Source: the human T2T-CHM13v2.0 reference genome, Homo sapiens
Strand: one strand, 5' to 3'
Length of the DNA stretch: 64,000 bases
Assembly: GCF_009914755.1 (NCBI RefSeq)
Contig: NC_060925.1
Under the pieces are notes generated by a model. That model ran no database searches and was not told where the DNA came from. It was given only the letters and a program-made list of their open reading frames with translations. The position numbers and the translations under genes were made by a program. Shown piece after piece: positions 22,229 to 41,504 of this stretch; the first letter of the stretch is position 1, and each line of letters opens with the position of its first letter.

Positions 22229-24075
22229 TCAAGGATAGAGCCCCAAAACTCGCCAACCAATCAAATAATTACGCTGAACCCCCTTGGACACTCTCTAATT
22301 GGATATCCTGGGTCCTCCCAATTCTTAGTCCTTTAATACCTGTTTTTCTCCTTCTCTTATTAGGACCTTGTGTCTTCCGTTTAGTTTCCCAATTCTTACA
22401 AAACCGCATCCAGGCCATCACCAATCATTCTATATGACAAATGCTCCTTCTAACAACCCCACAATATCACCCCCTACCCCAAAATCTTTCTTCAGTTTAA
22501 TCTCTCCCACTGTAGGTTCCCATGCCACCCCTAATCCTGCTCGAAGCAGCCCAGAGAAACATTGCTCATTATCTCTCCACATCGCCCCTAAAAAATTTTC
22601 GCCACCCCAACACTTCACCACCATTTTGTTTTGTTTTTCTTATTAATATAAGAAGACAGGAATGTCAGGTCTCTAAGCCCAAGCTAAATCATCATATCCT
22701 GTGACCTGCATGTATACATCCAGATGGCCTGAAGCAACTGAAGATCCACAAAAGAACTGAAAATAGCCTTAACTGATGACATTCTACCATTGTGATTTGT
22801 TCCTGCCCCACCCTAACTGATAGGATATATTCTACCCCCCCACTTAAGAAGGTGCTTCGTAATATTCTCCCCGCCCTTGAGAATGTACTTTGTACACCTA
22901 TCCCAAACCTATAAGAACTAATGATAATCCTGCCACCCTTTGCTGACTCCTTTTTCAGACTCAGCCCACCTACACCCAGGTGAAATAAACAGCCTTGTTA
23001 CTCACACAAAGCCTGTTGGTGGACTCTTCACATGGAAGCACGTGACATAATCCACCCCTTGTTTAGCATATAATCAAGAAATTTTAAAAAATTAAAACGG
23101 CAACCAGTAGCCCTCAGGGCTGCTCTGTCTATGGAGTAGCCATTCTTTATTACTTTACTTTCTTAATAAATTTGCCTTTACTTTACTCTATAGATTCGCT
23201 TTGAATTCTTTCTTGCTCAAGATCCAAGAACCCTCTCTTGGAGTCTGGCTCGGGACCCCTTTCCGGTAACAATTTTTGGAACAAAACCCAAACCTCTGAG
23301 GATTGCATGAAAAGATCTTTATAAATAGCTTCAGACTTCCTCTCCAGCCCCATTTCCCATCCCCACTGGAAGCTTCTCTCTCTTACCTCCCAATCCAGTC
23401 ACACCAAACTTACCTTTTCACACACTGCCTATTCACTCCACCCCTGATCCTGGGTATATCTTTCCATATCCCAATTCCACCTTCACGTGATGAACTACAA
23501 ACTCATCCTTCAAGACTCAGTTCAGGAGTTATCTTCAAAAAACTTTCTCTGGCCCCCTCCATACATTCTCACATAACTCAGTGCTTACTTCCATCAAGGC
23601 ATGATAATGGTTCCATTATGATAATGGGATCATACCTGGGTTTAATTGTTCTTATCTGTCTTACCTCTACACCTAGACCACTAGCTTCTTGGAAGCAGGG
23701 ACCAATGTGCTATCTCTGGCCCCAGCTCACCACAATATATGGCACACACCAGGCAGTCAGTAAACACACCCTAAACAAACAGTCCCCAGGCAGATTAAGC
23801 TCAGTGTGATTTTTCTGTGTACTCTCATTGACCACCTTTCATGCCGACAATTGAAACCATTTCCCTAGGAGCAGCCTACCTAGTAAGTCAACAAGCTACA
23901 GTAACAACTGCAGCTTGATTGCGATGTGTAAAAGTGCAAGTGTTCTATTTTTCTTGCAAATTCTGTGCTTTGTACTGCATATTGTGTAGAACCAAAACTC
24001 TCACATGCCTCACTAAATAGACAGTGTTGACCCTTGAGGTGCCTTCCTCAGCCCAAGCAGCAACATAGCCTAATA

Positions 24076-24417
24076 TAGACCCACAAGCCCTTATCTGAAG
24101 CCTCTTGGGCCAAGTGCATTTTGGAATTCAGAATGTGGGAGATTTTAGGAAGATAACACATTACCTGTATCAAATACTACATAACAACCCCAGCAGGGTC
24201 TGAGGCAATACCCAGTTAATCAAACGCTTTCATATTTCCACAGTATAACTTACGAAGAGTAATACTTAGTGAGAGAAACAAAGCCTATAAATAGTCTCAT
24301 GTCAGTTCAAGCAAGTCTTACTGCCAAATTGAGCTTGGGTCAAACTTACAAGAAAAATTTGTTCCAGCCTTCAGAGCTTTCAGGACTTCAGAACTGCTGA
24401 TAAGGGATTGAGGATGG
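24076..24417. mobile_element. MER46C-like TcMar-Tigger MITE
   Basis: Inverted ends ACCCACAAGCCCTTATC...GATAAGGGATTGAGG flanked by TA. Internal motifs match the recalled MER46C consensus. Confidence 0.75.
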
Positions 24418-25308
24418 TAGTTAATGAGCATGGCCTGACAATACCTATATGCATTAGAAAGGACTGGAGTATATGTCTGTGTGCATAGATACCACACTTA
24501 TAAATATTCACATATGCTGTATTTGTATGGACTCAGACACAGACACATGGAAAGTCTGGAAGGGTGCACAGCAAAATGTTAACAGTAGTCATTTCTCAGT
24601 GATTAGATTTCTTTTTCTTTTTGCTTATATGTATTTCCTATAGTTAGCTATAATAACATGTTTTTTGTGTTTTATATACATACACAGGCTTTGGAGTCAA
24701 AGACACGTTATATTGAGAAAGTTATCTAACTTCTCTAAGCATCTGCTTCCTCATGTGAATAAGATAACAGTGTCTGCCTCATACAATTGCTGTCTTCTTT
24801 TCCCATAGTTAACTTGAGGGTATCCCTCACTGCATGACCAAGAGGTGTTCTAGAAGCCAAATAAGATCTGTTGAAGGCCCAGACCTATAAAACAAAGATA
24901 GGCAGCAAGGCCTTGATTTTAACATCCGGTAGCCAGGCCTACCACTGAATTGGTGTCTGGGTTTTTCTTTTTCCTTTTTTTTTTTGAGATGGAGTCTCGC
25001 TCTGTCACCCAGGCTGGAGTTCAGTGGTGCAATCTTGGCTCACTACAATCTCTGCCTCCCAGGTTCAAGCGATTCTTGTGCCTTAGCCTCCCAAGTAGCT
25101 AGGATTACAGGCACCCACCACTACACCCAGCTTATTTTTGAACTTTTAGTAGAGATGGGGTTTTGCCATCTTGCCCAGTCTGGTCTCGAACTCCTGACCT
25201 CAAGTGATCCGCCCACCTCGACCTCCCAAAATGCTGAGATTACAGGCATGAGCCACTGCAGTCTGGGCTTTTTCTTTTTCTTTCTTTTTTTTTTTTTCTT
25301 TTTTTTGA

Positions 25309-25467
<159 letters not shown>

Positions 25468-25792
25468 TAGTAGAGATGGGGTTTCTCCATGTTGGTCAGG
25501 CTGGTCTCGAACTCCCGACCTCAGGTGATCCGCCTGCCTCAGCCTCCCAAAGTGCTGGGATTACAGGCGTGAACCACTGCGTCCAGCCAGTCTGGGCTTT
25601 TTCTAAAACATGCCATCATACAAAGAAAAAATAAATAAATTCAAACCAAAATGGAAATACCCCATTTGTTTTGAGAATCATCTGAGAGGCAGCAACATTA
25701 TTTCTTCATTCAATTGCTCCTTCTGCCTCCTTTTGCTCTATTTCCTCCTCGAGGCCCCTTAGTTATTTGTAGGTACTCCTCAAGCCCTAGAC

Positions 25793-26733
<941 letters not shown>

Positions 26734-29249
26734 ATCTAGACCTTGTTCTTCCTCTTCTACAAGGAACCCACCAGCCATCCTGGTTGATTATGAATGAGGC
26801 TGTCCAGCCCTGTCTGAGCTCAGCACCTCCACCATCCCCTGGGCATTTCTACAAGACGTTCTGTATGCAGGGGGGACCCAGGTAAAACTGTAGTCTGATT
26901 CTGGACTCTTTCCCTGAGCTCTCCCGCCTATTACCAGCACCATCATTCTTCCTATCAGCCAGGTGTACAGTCTTGCCATCGGCTCACCTCTCTCCTTGGC
27001 CCCCCAGAGAGAGTTAGTCATCCATTTCTTCAGTCTCACAGCTGCCTTCCTCCAGGCTACCATCTCCTCACTTGCTACCTCAGGAGTCTCCCAACTAAGA
27101 GATCTTCCCACTTCTCCCTACCCATTTAGCCTCTGCACTTGGCCTGATTAAACTCTGATTTCATCTCTCTGCTCTAAATCTTCCTGTACAGGTTAAGACC
27201 CAAACTGGTTCAATTGGCATCTGACGCCCTTTGCAAATGGCTCTACTCTCCTTCATCAATCCATCACCCAAAGACAGCCTGATCTAAAAGGATAGATTCT
27301 TCACACATGCCATCCGCACTCCTGCCTTCATATGAAGTTACTCCTACTTTTTGGCCACCTCTCCTTCGAAGCCCAGCCTCAACTCCCACCTCCTCCTTCA
27401 TGAAGCCCTCCCCAGCCACATAAGTTCTCAGTAGTCATTTCTCTGAATTTTGAGTGTCTTCCTGTCTATATAATGTGTCTGGCACTTTAAGAAACATTAG
27501 ACTGTTTTGGAAAATGCCTTGGGCTTTGGAATAAAATAGAGCTGGTGATGTTACTGACTCCATCCATCACCTCTTATGAAACCTCAAACAAATTACTTAA
27601 TTTGCTTCCTCATTTGTAAAATGGAAGTAATGCTACCATATTTACGGAGACCTCAAAAGGATAAACAAATACAATCTACATGGGTCACGAACCTAGCACA
27701 ATGCCTGGTACACAGCAGACATTCAGGAACTGTTCCTCTCCCTCTTCTCCATCACTCCTAATCCCCCACTGCTTTAATAATGATGACTACCATTTATCAA
27801 GTACCTCTCATAGTTAGGTAATACGTTCAATGCTTCATGCATTGTGTCTGATTATTAGCCTTGTTTTACAAATAAGGAAATTGAGGCCTAGAGCAGATAG
27901 CAGACATGCTCAAGGACATAGAGCCAGTAAATGGTGCAGCTGACATTAAAACCCAGATCTGCTTGACTCCAAAGTCCCACAGCCTCCCATTTTGCATGCA
28001 TGAGGACATCATCATCAATGAAACTATAAACTCCCAAGGGTAAGTACGATGTGAATAGAAGGTTTAAATCTGTTTGGATAACCAAGCAAAAGTATCAGCA
28101 CAGTCTGTACAGGATATGTGGGAGTGTGGCTGTCACTGCTGGGTGGAGATCACGTTCTACCCTTCCTGAGCACCTATTAGGTCTAGGAGGAGGTGTCCCC
28201 TCCTATCTTCTCAGTCACCAGCCTTTGCATCCCATTTCCAGCACACTGGAAGAACCTGCAAAACCATGCAAGCAAAATACCTGCAAACCATGTGCTTCAG
28301 AATACCTGACAGTTCAAACTGACCGGATTAAGTGAGTAGGTTCAATGTTTGCCAGCAAGATCATGCCCTGCACACACCACCAGGGGGACATTCCAAGGGC
28401 TCTCTAAGTCTGAGACAGGGCCTTACATACTAGCAAAGAATTCATGGGGAAATAAACCACTCTAGATCCAACTACCTAGAATACAAGTCAGGCTCTGTTG
28501 ATGATGACAATGATAGTATTATAAATACTAATAATATTAAGAGCAAATACTTGGCCAGCAGTGGTTCATGCCTGTAATCCCAGCACTTTGGGAAGCCGGG
28601 AAGCCGAGGTGGGCAGATCACCTGAGGTCAGGAGTTCAAGACCAGCCTGGCCAAAATGGCGAAACCCCATCTCTACTAAAAATACAAAAAAAAATTAGCC
28701 AGGCGTGGTGGCAGGCGCCTATAATCCCAGCTACTCGGGAGGCTGAGGCACAAGAATCACTTGACCCAGGAGGCAGAGGTTGCAGTGAGCCAAGATCATG
28801 CCACTGCACTCCAGCCTGGGCAACACAGCAAGACTACATCTTAAAAAAACAAACAAACAAACAAACAAAAACTAATACTTAAGGCTTACTACGTATTGAG
28901 CACTGTTTAAATCACTTTACATATATTTTATCCTCACAACTACTCTATGAGGTAGGTGCTGTTATTATGTCCACGTTACAGACCAGGAGATATACACAGA
29001 GAGGTTAAATAACTTGCCCAAGAGCACACAGTAGTAAATGGCACACAGCCAGGGTTCAAACCCAGGGAATCTGAGCCAAGAGTCTGTGCTCTCAACCAAT
29101 AAACTATATCACTGATGAGAAAACGAGAGGCTCAGAAAGCATTTCTGGCAGAGAAAATTTAACTTCAGCAAAAGCACAAAGATAGGGCATTATGGTATGC
29201 TTGGAAACAAGTAATAATAAGTAGGATAAATAAGTAGGGAAAAGTTTTA

Positions 29250-29603
<354 letters not shown>

Positions 29604-29844
29604 TCAGGTCTCAAGTGCGACCTGAGTTCTATTTTCGACTCCGCCAATGACCAGATGAGTGATCACAAGCATGTTACCCTACCCTCTCTAAGCCTCAATC
29701 TCCCAGCTGAAAAACAGAGATCCTCGGCCAGGCGCGGTGGCTCACACCTGTAATCCCAGAGCCTTGGGAGGCCGAGGCAGGCATATCACAAGGTCAGGAG
29801 ATCGAGACCATCCTGGCTAACACAGTGAAACCCTGTCTCTACTA

Positions 29845-29964
<120 letters not shown>

Positions 29965-30449
29965 TCACTGCACTCCAGACTGGGTGACAGAGTAAGACTC
30001 CATCTCAAAAATAAATCAATAAATAAAAATAATAGAGATCCTCTTATGGAATTTTTGTGACACAGTGTAAGGCCCATGGACTCAAAGTAAGTGCTTAATA
30101 AATGGTAAGTGCTACTAATAATGATAACAACAGTAGTAAATTTAGGCTAAACTGTAAGACTTCAAACGCCATGTAGAGTTTGGATTTTACTCTTATGACA
30201 AAAAGGAGCTGTTTACCTAGCACATAGTACACAGGGCAGGTAACTCTTGAGTGACATTCATAACACAGGGCACCTGGCATTGAAAAGAATGGAAAAAATC
30301 CATTTTTTCCAGTTCAGCTTTGCCACCATCCCAAATTGTTTTGTTACTTTCTTCAAAGTTAAATAACCATGTTTAGTTTTCTTTTTTCATTTCTTTTACA
30401 TTTCTCAAATATCTCACAGCTTTAAAAAGAAGTGCCATAGATTCTATCA

Positions 30450-30602
<153 letters not shown>

Positions 30603-30761
30603 TTAAAAATAATAATGAATAAAATAAAGACCAGGCGTGGTGGCTCACGCCTGTAATCCTAGCACTTTGGGAAGCCAAGGCAGGTGGATCACCTGAGGTC
30701 AGGAGTTCGAGACTAGCCAGGCCAACATAGCAAAACTCCGTCTCTACTAATACAAAACTTA

Positions 30762-31719
<958 letters not shown>

Positions 31720-32650
31720 TTAGGCTGGCAAGGACTAAATATGACCAGTTTAGCTTTCAAGGAGGAAGACTACAGTGCAATTACTTTACGGCAACAGGTT
31801 GGTTAGTGGTGATAGGCCCCTGGAGAGATGACTTGAATTTTTCCTTCTCAGGCTTCCCTTCAGTGGGCCTTCTGTGAACTGTCTGTGGTCTGGTGATAAA
31901 GCTAAAAGAGAAGTGGGCAAGAGCAAACCAGGAAGCGGGGAGGGCAACACAGAGATGCAGAGCATGCTCAAAGAGGAAGGGGGCAGGAGTTGTTGAGGCC
32001 ACAAAGCACCTTGGGCTAGAAATTGTATGGGTCTCTACAATTCAACCAGAGACAGACATTTTTTGAGCACCTACTGATGTACAAGGCATTCGGCTGTCAT
32101 TTGGGAAGGAGAGAGAATGCAAAATGCTAAAAGCAGCAAGTTCAAGCTTACAAAAATGTAGCTGAATGAGAAGTCAACAAATAGGTGAAAAAGTACAGGG
32201 CTTTATCCAGAAATAATAAGCAGTCAAGTTTGAAGTAAAAGGAAATGAAGATAAGTTGTAGCAGATAAGACCAGACAGAGAAGCAGGCTGAGGTCAGGCA
32301 GTGCAGGACTTGACCACTATACTAAGGAATTTGAGCTTTATTCTATAGGCAACAGGGAGTGGTACAATATTGAAGTTCACATACAAAATAGTAGAATACG
32401 ATCAAAGTTATGTTCTAAGGAGATCCCTAAAGGAGAGGGAAACTTGAGGTTGGGAAGACTTACAAGAAGACTACTGCAACAGTTCAGCTAAGAGGATACC
32501 AACATGAATAAGGGGGATTTTGAAATGTGGGTAGATAGGAGAGGCACTGCAGAAAAAAAAAAATGAACAGAATTTGCTTATTAGACATGAGAGCAGAGGG
32601 AAGAGTCAAGGATACCCTGAGGTTGTTAGTGACTGCATTCAGAAATATGA

Positions 32651-32842
<192 letters not shown>

Positions 32843-33057
32843 TAATTTTTGTATTTTTAGTAAAGACAGGTTTTCACCATGTTGGCCAGGCTGGTCTCAA
32901 ACTCCTGACCTCAGGTGATCCACCTGCCTCAGCCTCCCAAAGTGCTGAGATTACAGGCCTGAGCCACTGTGCCCAGCCAATGCAGTTCTTATCAGGAAGA
33001 AATCCCCCTAGGATAGACCCTGAAGACAGCAGCCAGGTTCTCAGTTCTCAGAGGTGA

Positions 33058-33273
<216 letters not shown>

Positions 33274-33941
33274 TGACCAGGCTGATCTCAAACTCCTGGC
33301 CTCAAGTGACCCGCCCACCTCAGCCTCCCAAAGTGCTGGGATTACAGGCATGAGCCACCGCTGCTGGCCAGCATTTCCCATTTCTAATTGTATTTCCCAA
33401 ATGAAAGCACGTCTAAATAATTAGCATTGCTTAAGTCCTGTGTGACTTTCCAGGAGGCAAACATTCACTCCCATTTTAAAGACATAAGAGGAAAGTTGAG
33501 ACACACGTTTAATATCGTACAAAGAGGTCAAGCGCGGTGGCTCATGCCTGTAATCCCAGCACTTTGGGAGGCAGAGGCGGGAAGATCACTTGAGGTCAGG
33601 AGTTTGAGACCGGCCTGGGCAACACAGGGAGATCTCGTCTCTAAAAACAAAAAGAGGCTGCGCATGGTGGCTCACACCTGTAATGCCAGCACTTTGGGAG
33701 GCCAAGGCAGGCTGAATCACTTGAGGTCAGGAGTTCAAGACCAGCCTGGCCAACATGGTGAAACCCTGTCTCTACTAAAAATATAAAAATTAGTCCAGGC
33801 ATGATGGCTCACGCCTATAATCCCAGCACTTTGGGAGGCCAAGGTGGGCAGATCACCTGAAATCAGGAGTTCAAGATCAGCCTGGCCAACATGTTGAAAC
33901 CCCGTCTTTACTGAAAATACAAAGAGTAGCCAGACATGTTA

Positions 33942-34242
<301 letters not shown>

Positions 34243-35843
34243 TCATATTTGCTAGCTTCAGTTCATGTATGGATCACCAATAACAAAACTGTTAGAGCAT
34301 AATTTATTTTATATATTTATCTATTTAAATTTAGAGATATCACTATGTTGCCCAGGCTGGTCTGGAACTCCTCAAGCAAGACTCCTGCCTCAGCCTCCGA
34401 GTAGCTGGGACTACAGGTGCGCACCACTGTGCCGGGCTAACAGTATATTTTAAGTAGCAAAGAAAAACATGCAAGTCAGCTAGCATCTATCCTCCAACAG
34501 TACAGTATCTTTCCTCTAATAAATATATTGATGCCTCCCTCTTCCTGAACTGTCCCTCCCTGAGGATTTTTCTGTTCAAAGCTCCACTTCTAACTGAGTG
34601 TTTGTGGGTCACCTCACTTGCTCTCAACAATAACTGCAGAATTCCAAAACAAACTGTTTTCAGAAGAAAAAAAGAATCTTTAGGGGGTTCTCTTGTACTA
34701 GAAACATAAAACTGGATTAAATGGCCCAAAGAAGGAAAATGGAGAGGGGAACAACAAAAGGAAGAAGAAAAACGAATACAGTTCTCTTTTGTTTAAGGAA
34801 ACAAAGTGACTTAAAATAAGTTACTTAGGAGCCTGCAGAGCTTCCCACAACGGTGGAAATGATGGGCAATATTTGTTCTCTAAGATAAACAAAAGCAAAT
34901 TTATTTTCTCCATGCTAAAAGGATATGTTGGTCACACAAGTTTTACCTATTAGTACTGACAAAACAAGATGAAAGAGAGAGTGAGAGAGAAAACCACCCC
35001 GGGGGCTATTTTGCTAACATGCTCTCTGGCTTCTACTCTGGTAAACTAGGTTACCCTTTATGTTACCCTGAGATATAAATAGCATTCATTTCCTTTCACT
35101 GGCATGACAGACTTTAATACTTTGTTTCCTGGGTCCAGAAGAAAAAATACTTAAACACATCCCCTTGTAAATTTGAGTTACTACAAAGCTGGTTCATTTC
35201 TTTTTTTTTTTGAGACGGAGTCTCACTGTCGTCAGGCTGGCATGCAGTGGCGTGATCTCAGCCCACTGCAACCTCCGCCTCCCAGGTTCAAGTGATTGCT
35301 TCAGCCTCTCAAGTAGCTGGGATACAGGCGCACGCCACCACGCCCAGCTAATTTTTTATATTTTAGTAGAGATGGGGTTTCACCACGTTGGCCAGGATGG
35401 TCTTGAACTCCTGACCTTGTGATCCGCCCACCTCGGCCTCTGAAAGTGCTGGGATTACAGGCTTGAGCCACCACACCCGGCGAAGCTGGCTCATTTCTAA
35501 TCAACTTTGGATTAAAAAAAAACAAAATGTATTTGCTATTACTGCTTTGTTAAAATAGCCCAGAATGGCCCCTGTGGGACTTCTGAGTAGCCATTTCCTT
35601 TTTAGTGCATAGTTCAAAACCCTCCAGAACACAGCTCCAGGTTTTGCATGTACCCAGGATGCAATGCAGGTGAACATTTTACAGACTGACTTGGATAAGT
35701 ACTGGGCCCTGTACAGGATCCTCAATGGGGTTTTCTGAATAAGAGCAACTTCAGTTGCTAGATGGAAATAATGAGGTATTTCTCCCAAATCAGACTTCAC
35801 TCTTTTTAAGGAAAGAAAAAGCTGCAAAAGGAAGTTAACAGCA

Positions 35844-35890
35844 TCCCTGGTCATCTAGTGGTTAGGAAGAAAAAAAAAGAAAAGAAAAAA
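35844..35890 (+). pseudogene. Retroposed 5' fragment of tRNA-Glu(CTC) with an A-tail
   Basis: TCCCTGGTCATCTAGTGGTTAGGA vs tRNA-Glu TCCCTGGTGGTCTAGTGGTTAGGA (22/24), followed by an A-rich tail and a degenerate TSD (35826-35843 / 35886-35903, 14/18). Confidence 0.65.
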
Positions 35891-36041
35891 GATGTTAAGA
35901 ACAGTGAGGCCAGGCGCGGTGGCTCACGCCTGTAATCTCAGCACTTTGGGAGGCCCAGGCGGGCAGATCACAAGGTCAGGAGATGGAGACCATCCTGGCC
36001 AACAAGGTGAAACACCATCCCTACTAAAAATACAAAAATTA

Positions 36042-36164
<123 letters not shown>

Positions 36165-36344
36165 CTAGCCTGGTGACACAGCAAGACTCCGTCTCAAAAA
36201 AAAAAAGGAGCAGTTAAATAAGTGCAGGAGCAGAAAGACTCCTACCAATCTACCGATTCAACTACCAATCTAAAGTCAGTGCAAGCTGGGCTTGGCAAGA
36301 GAATCACGTGAACAAGCTGCCACTCAACCAAAAGCATTACCTGA

Positions 36345-36674
<330 letters not shown>

Positions 36675-37090
36675 TGATCCGCCCTCCTTGGCCTCCCAAA
36701 GTGCAGGGATTACAGGCGTGAGCCACTGCGCCCGGCCTCATTTTTCTACTATAATCTCTACCAAGCTCAGCCTAACACTCCTGAATTCAGCAGAGACAAA
36801 TCAAAGAAAAGAAAGGACATTTTGAAAGAATCATCAAAGATCATTCCTATCTCTATTAATGCAAAGGCAAAGAATGAAGACCAGATTCACCTATCCCCCA
36901 AAATGCCTGGGCCTCAAAGGTGCTCTATGCCCTTGGCTCACGCTACAAGGAACACTGTCCTGCTGGGCCAACCCTATACTCTCTTACCTCTATCTACGTA
37001 TTATCAGACCCCTCTCAGTCAGACTGCCAGCTCCTGAGGGGTGCCTTTGTTTCTCCTGCCGTGAATCAAAAACAGCTTTTTTTTTTCTGA

Positions 37091-37497
<407 letters not shown>

Positions 37498-37694
37498 TGA
37501 TCCGCCTGCCTCAGCCTCCCAAAGTGCTGGGATTACAGGCATAAGCCACTGTGCCTGGCCTAATTTTTATATTTTTAGTAGAGACAGGATTTCGTCATGT
37601 TGCCCAGCCTGGTCTTGAACTCCTGATCTTGTGATCCGCCCACCTCGGCCTCCCAAAGTGCTAGGATTAGGCATGAGCCACCGCGCCCAGCCAA

Positions 37695-38968
<1,274 letters not shown>

Positions 38969-40199
38969 TAGAGACAGTCTCACTATGTTGCCTAGGCTGG
39001 AGTGCAGCAACTAATTCACAGGATCAATCATAGTGCACATCACCCTCAAACTCCTGGGCTCAAGCCTTCCACCTCAGCCTCTCAAGTGGCTGGGACTACA
39101 GGTACGCGCCACCATGTTCAGCTTTCAAATTATTTTAAAATAAAAATAAAACCGAAACCGTAACAATAATTCCTCACCAGCATATGGCTAGTCTCTGTTT
39201 TTTGAAAGGAAATGAAAGATTGAGATCCCTGCACATTTCTCAGTCGGGGCAGCTAACTGGCTTCAGAGCTAGCTGGCCTGACTTGTCATAGAAGACTAAG
39301 GGAATGAAGTGCCTGCATGGCCTGGCTCTGGTGTACTGGCTGAGAACACAGCACCCACCTCTTTCTGCTGCCATTGGCCTTGTCCTCCGCCAATTGTCTG
39401 GATTCTGGCAGTCTCTTGTGAAGGGGCAAGGAGATGAGGTGCTCTTAAACTCTCACCCGTCCCAGCACCATAGCCCAGAATGTCATGGAAACTCTAGTGA
39501 TAGTGAACTCTGAGATAAGCCCAAGGAAGATGCAAACTATCAGCACCATCAGGCGCTTCGATCGCACCTTGTGATGGCTGCAATGAAGGAGAAACAAGCA
39601 CCGAGGAAGTCCTCTGCTCACCTCGTTTCCTCTCAGTTTACAAACTCTTGTGCAACATGCCACTCCTCCCTGCCCCTCATAGTTTCCAAGCCTTGTAAGA
39701 GCAAGTGGAGGGCTGGCCCACACTTTACACAGCTACTTGACAGGCTCTTCATTGCTGGCAAATGACTGTCACAAATAGGTACTAGGGGTCATGCCAAAGC
39801 TCACACATAAATGGAGCCTCACGGACACACCCAGGGGAAAAAAGCACCAGGGGCCCTTGCAGAAAACCCTGGAGCTGGACAAAAAAAGACAGGTCTGCAG
39901 GTCCTCCCAGAGCACGGACTCACCCAAATTTCAGCCCTGAGCCTCCCATCTCCAAACGACAAGCTCCTGCTCAGCAACTGGCCTTCTGTGCTCCCCATTA
40001 TCCACCAACTGCTGGGTGGGAAAAAACCTAGTCCTTTTATAACCTGTAACTTCATCCTGGCCTCTAGTCCCAGAGTAGACAGGGCTCCCCAAGACTCCAG
40101 CCCTGTACACTGCGCTATCATCACAGGGGCTGAGAACTGACAGAGCCCCAACACATACCATACCTCACCCAAAGGAAGACTCTATCGTAGGCAGGGCAC

Positions 40200-41060
40200 C
40201 ACTCCCCCACCCGCCCCACGCGACAAACTCGGAAGATCAGGATTGAAGAGCAAGCTCAGATGGAGCAACAGGCCCAGAGAGGGGCAGCGAGTGGCCCGAG
40301 GTCACACAGCGAGTTCGGAACGGAGCTTTACTAAAACCCCAGCCTCCGGATTCCCAAGTACCCCATTCCCACCCGCCTACCCTCGTCACGCACGCCTAAG
40401 AAGAACATCACAGAACTTCTGCCCCAGTGTCCCAGCCTCCAGAGGGCCACCAGGACTTTGGTCTTCGCCCCGAGCGTCCACTGGCCAAACCGCCGACCCT
40501 GCCCACCCGAGGGCCGGGCGCACCGCCGCCCCCGGCCCAGCTCCCCAGCCCAGCTTCCCGCCGCCCGCCGAACCTGCAGTGTTGCGCTCCCGAGAGCCGG
40601 CGGCGGCAGACATTTCCCTGCCTGCTTCCTCAAGCTCCTCATCCCGCCGCCCGTCCCGCGCGCTCCGCCCCCAGACGAACCCGCCCCCGTGTGCCCGCTC
40701 CATCAATCGAAAGCCTGTCTTCTCCATCGCTCCGCCCCAAAACAGAACGGAGCCCGCCCCCTGTGGCCGGGCCTCCTCCAATCCCCACCGTTTCTTCCGG
40801 GACGGATACCTGCCTCCGCCAATTGTCGCGTACCCTGGCCAGGTAACTAGGGCCGAGTTACAACCGCGCGGCGTTGGCATCTCCAGCTCCAGCTCTGCGC
40901 ACCTATACCGAGACAGCCACAGGAATTCAGGATCCCGGGTCGCAGAATCGAAGCCTGTGCAGGAACAAATGGGGGCAGACTGAGCCACGAGCTTGAAGAG
41001 CCGGCTCTGCATGATTGTATTATCCCAAGAGACTCCGGCCCTGTTTCTCCCGCGCACAGA
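40200..41060. promoter_or_regulatory. Intragenic CpG island over exon 7; probable internal promoter
   Basis: Highest non-repeat CpG density in the window. Several CCGCCC GC boxes (40665-40760), CCAAT at about 40778 and 40819, and an in-frame ATG at 40613 (MSAAAGSRERNTAG). Confidence 0.75.
40574..40954 (-). CDS. INPP5B: INPP5B exon 7: short form 40814-40954 (141 nt, GC donor) or long form 40574-40954 (381 nt, GT donor, +80 aa)
   Basis: Acceptor cctgcacag|GC. Encodes GFDSATRDPEFLWLSRYRC...YATIGG and, in the long form, ...EMSAAAGSRERNTAG. Donors are GAG|GCAGGT (40813) and CAG|GTTCGG (40573). Both lengths are multiples of 3 and join exon 8 in frame. Confidence 0.92.
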
Positions 41061-41228
41061 AGGGTTCTGTGCGCACTGAGGTTCAAATGCAAGAATAATT
41101 GTGAACACAAAAGTACTATTCCAAGGCAGAGACCACCGCCATTCCTTGAACCTCACGGTAACTATGTGCCAAGGTCTGTGCCTCGTATAAATATTATCTT
41201 CCTACTCCTCGTAACACACCTTTTATGA

Positions 41229-41504
<276 letters not shown>

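Noticed and set aside
23303-23809. 168-aa plus-strand ORF downstream of the LTRs
   Set aside because: It overlies degenerate L2-like sequence, has a non-ATG start, and shows no motif or splice support.
40243-40983. 246-aa plus-strand ORF and neighbours
   Set aside because: Antisense shadow of INPP5B exon 7 in a CpG island, with a non-ATG start and no recognisable domain.
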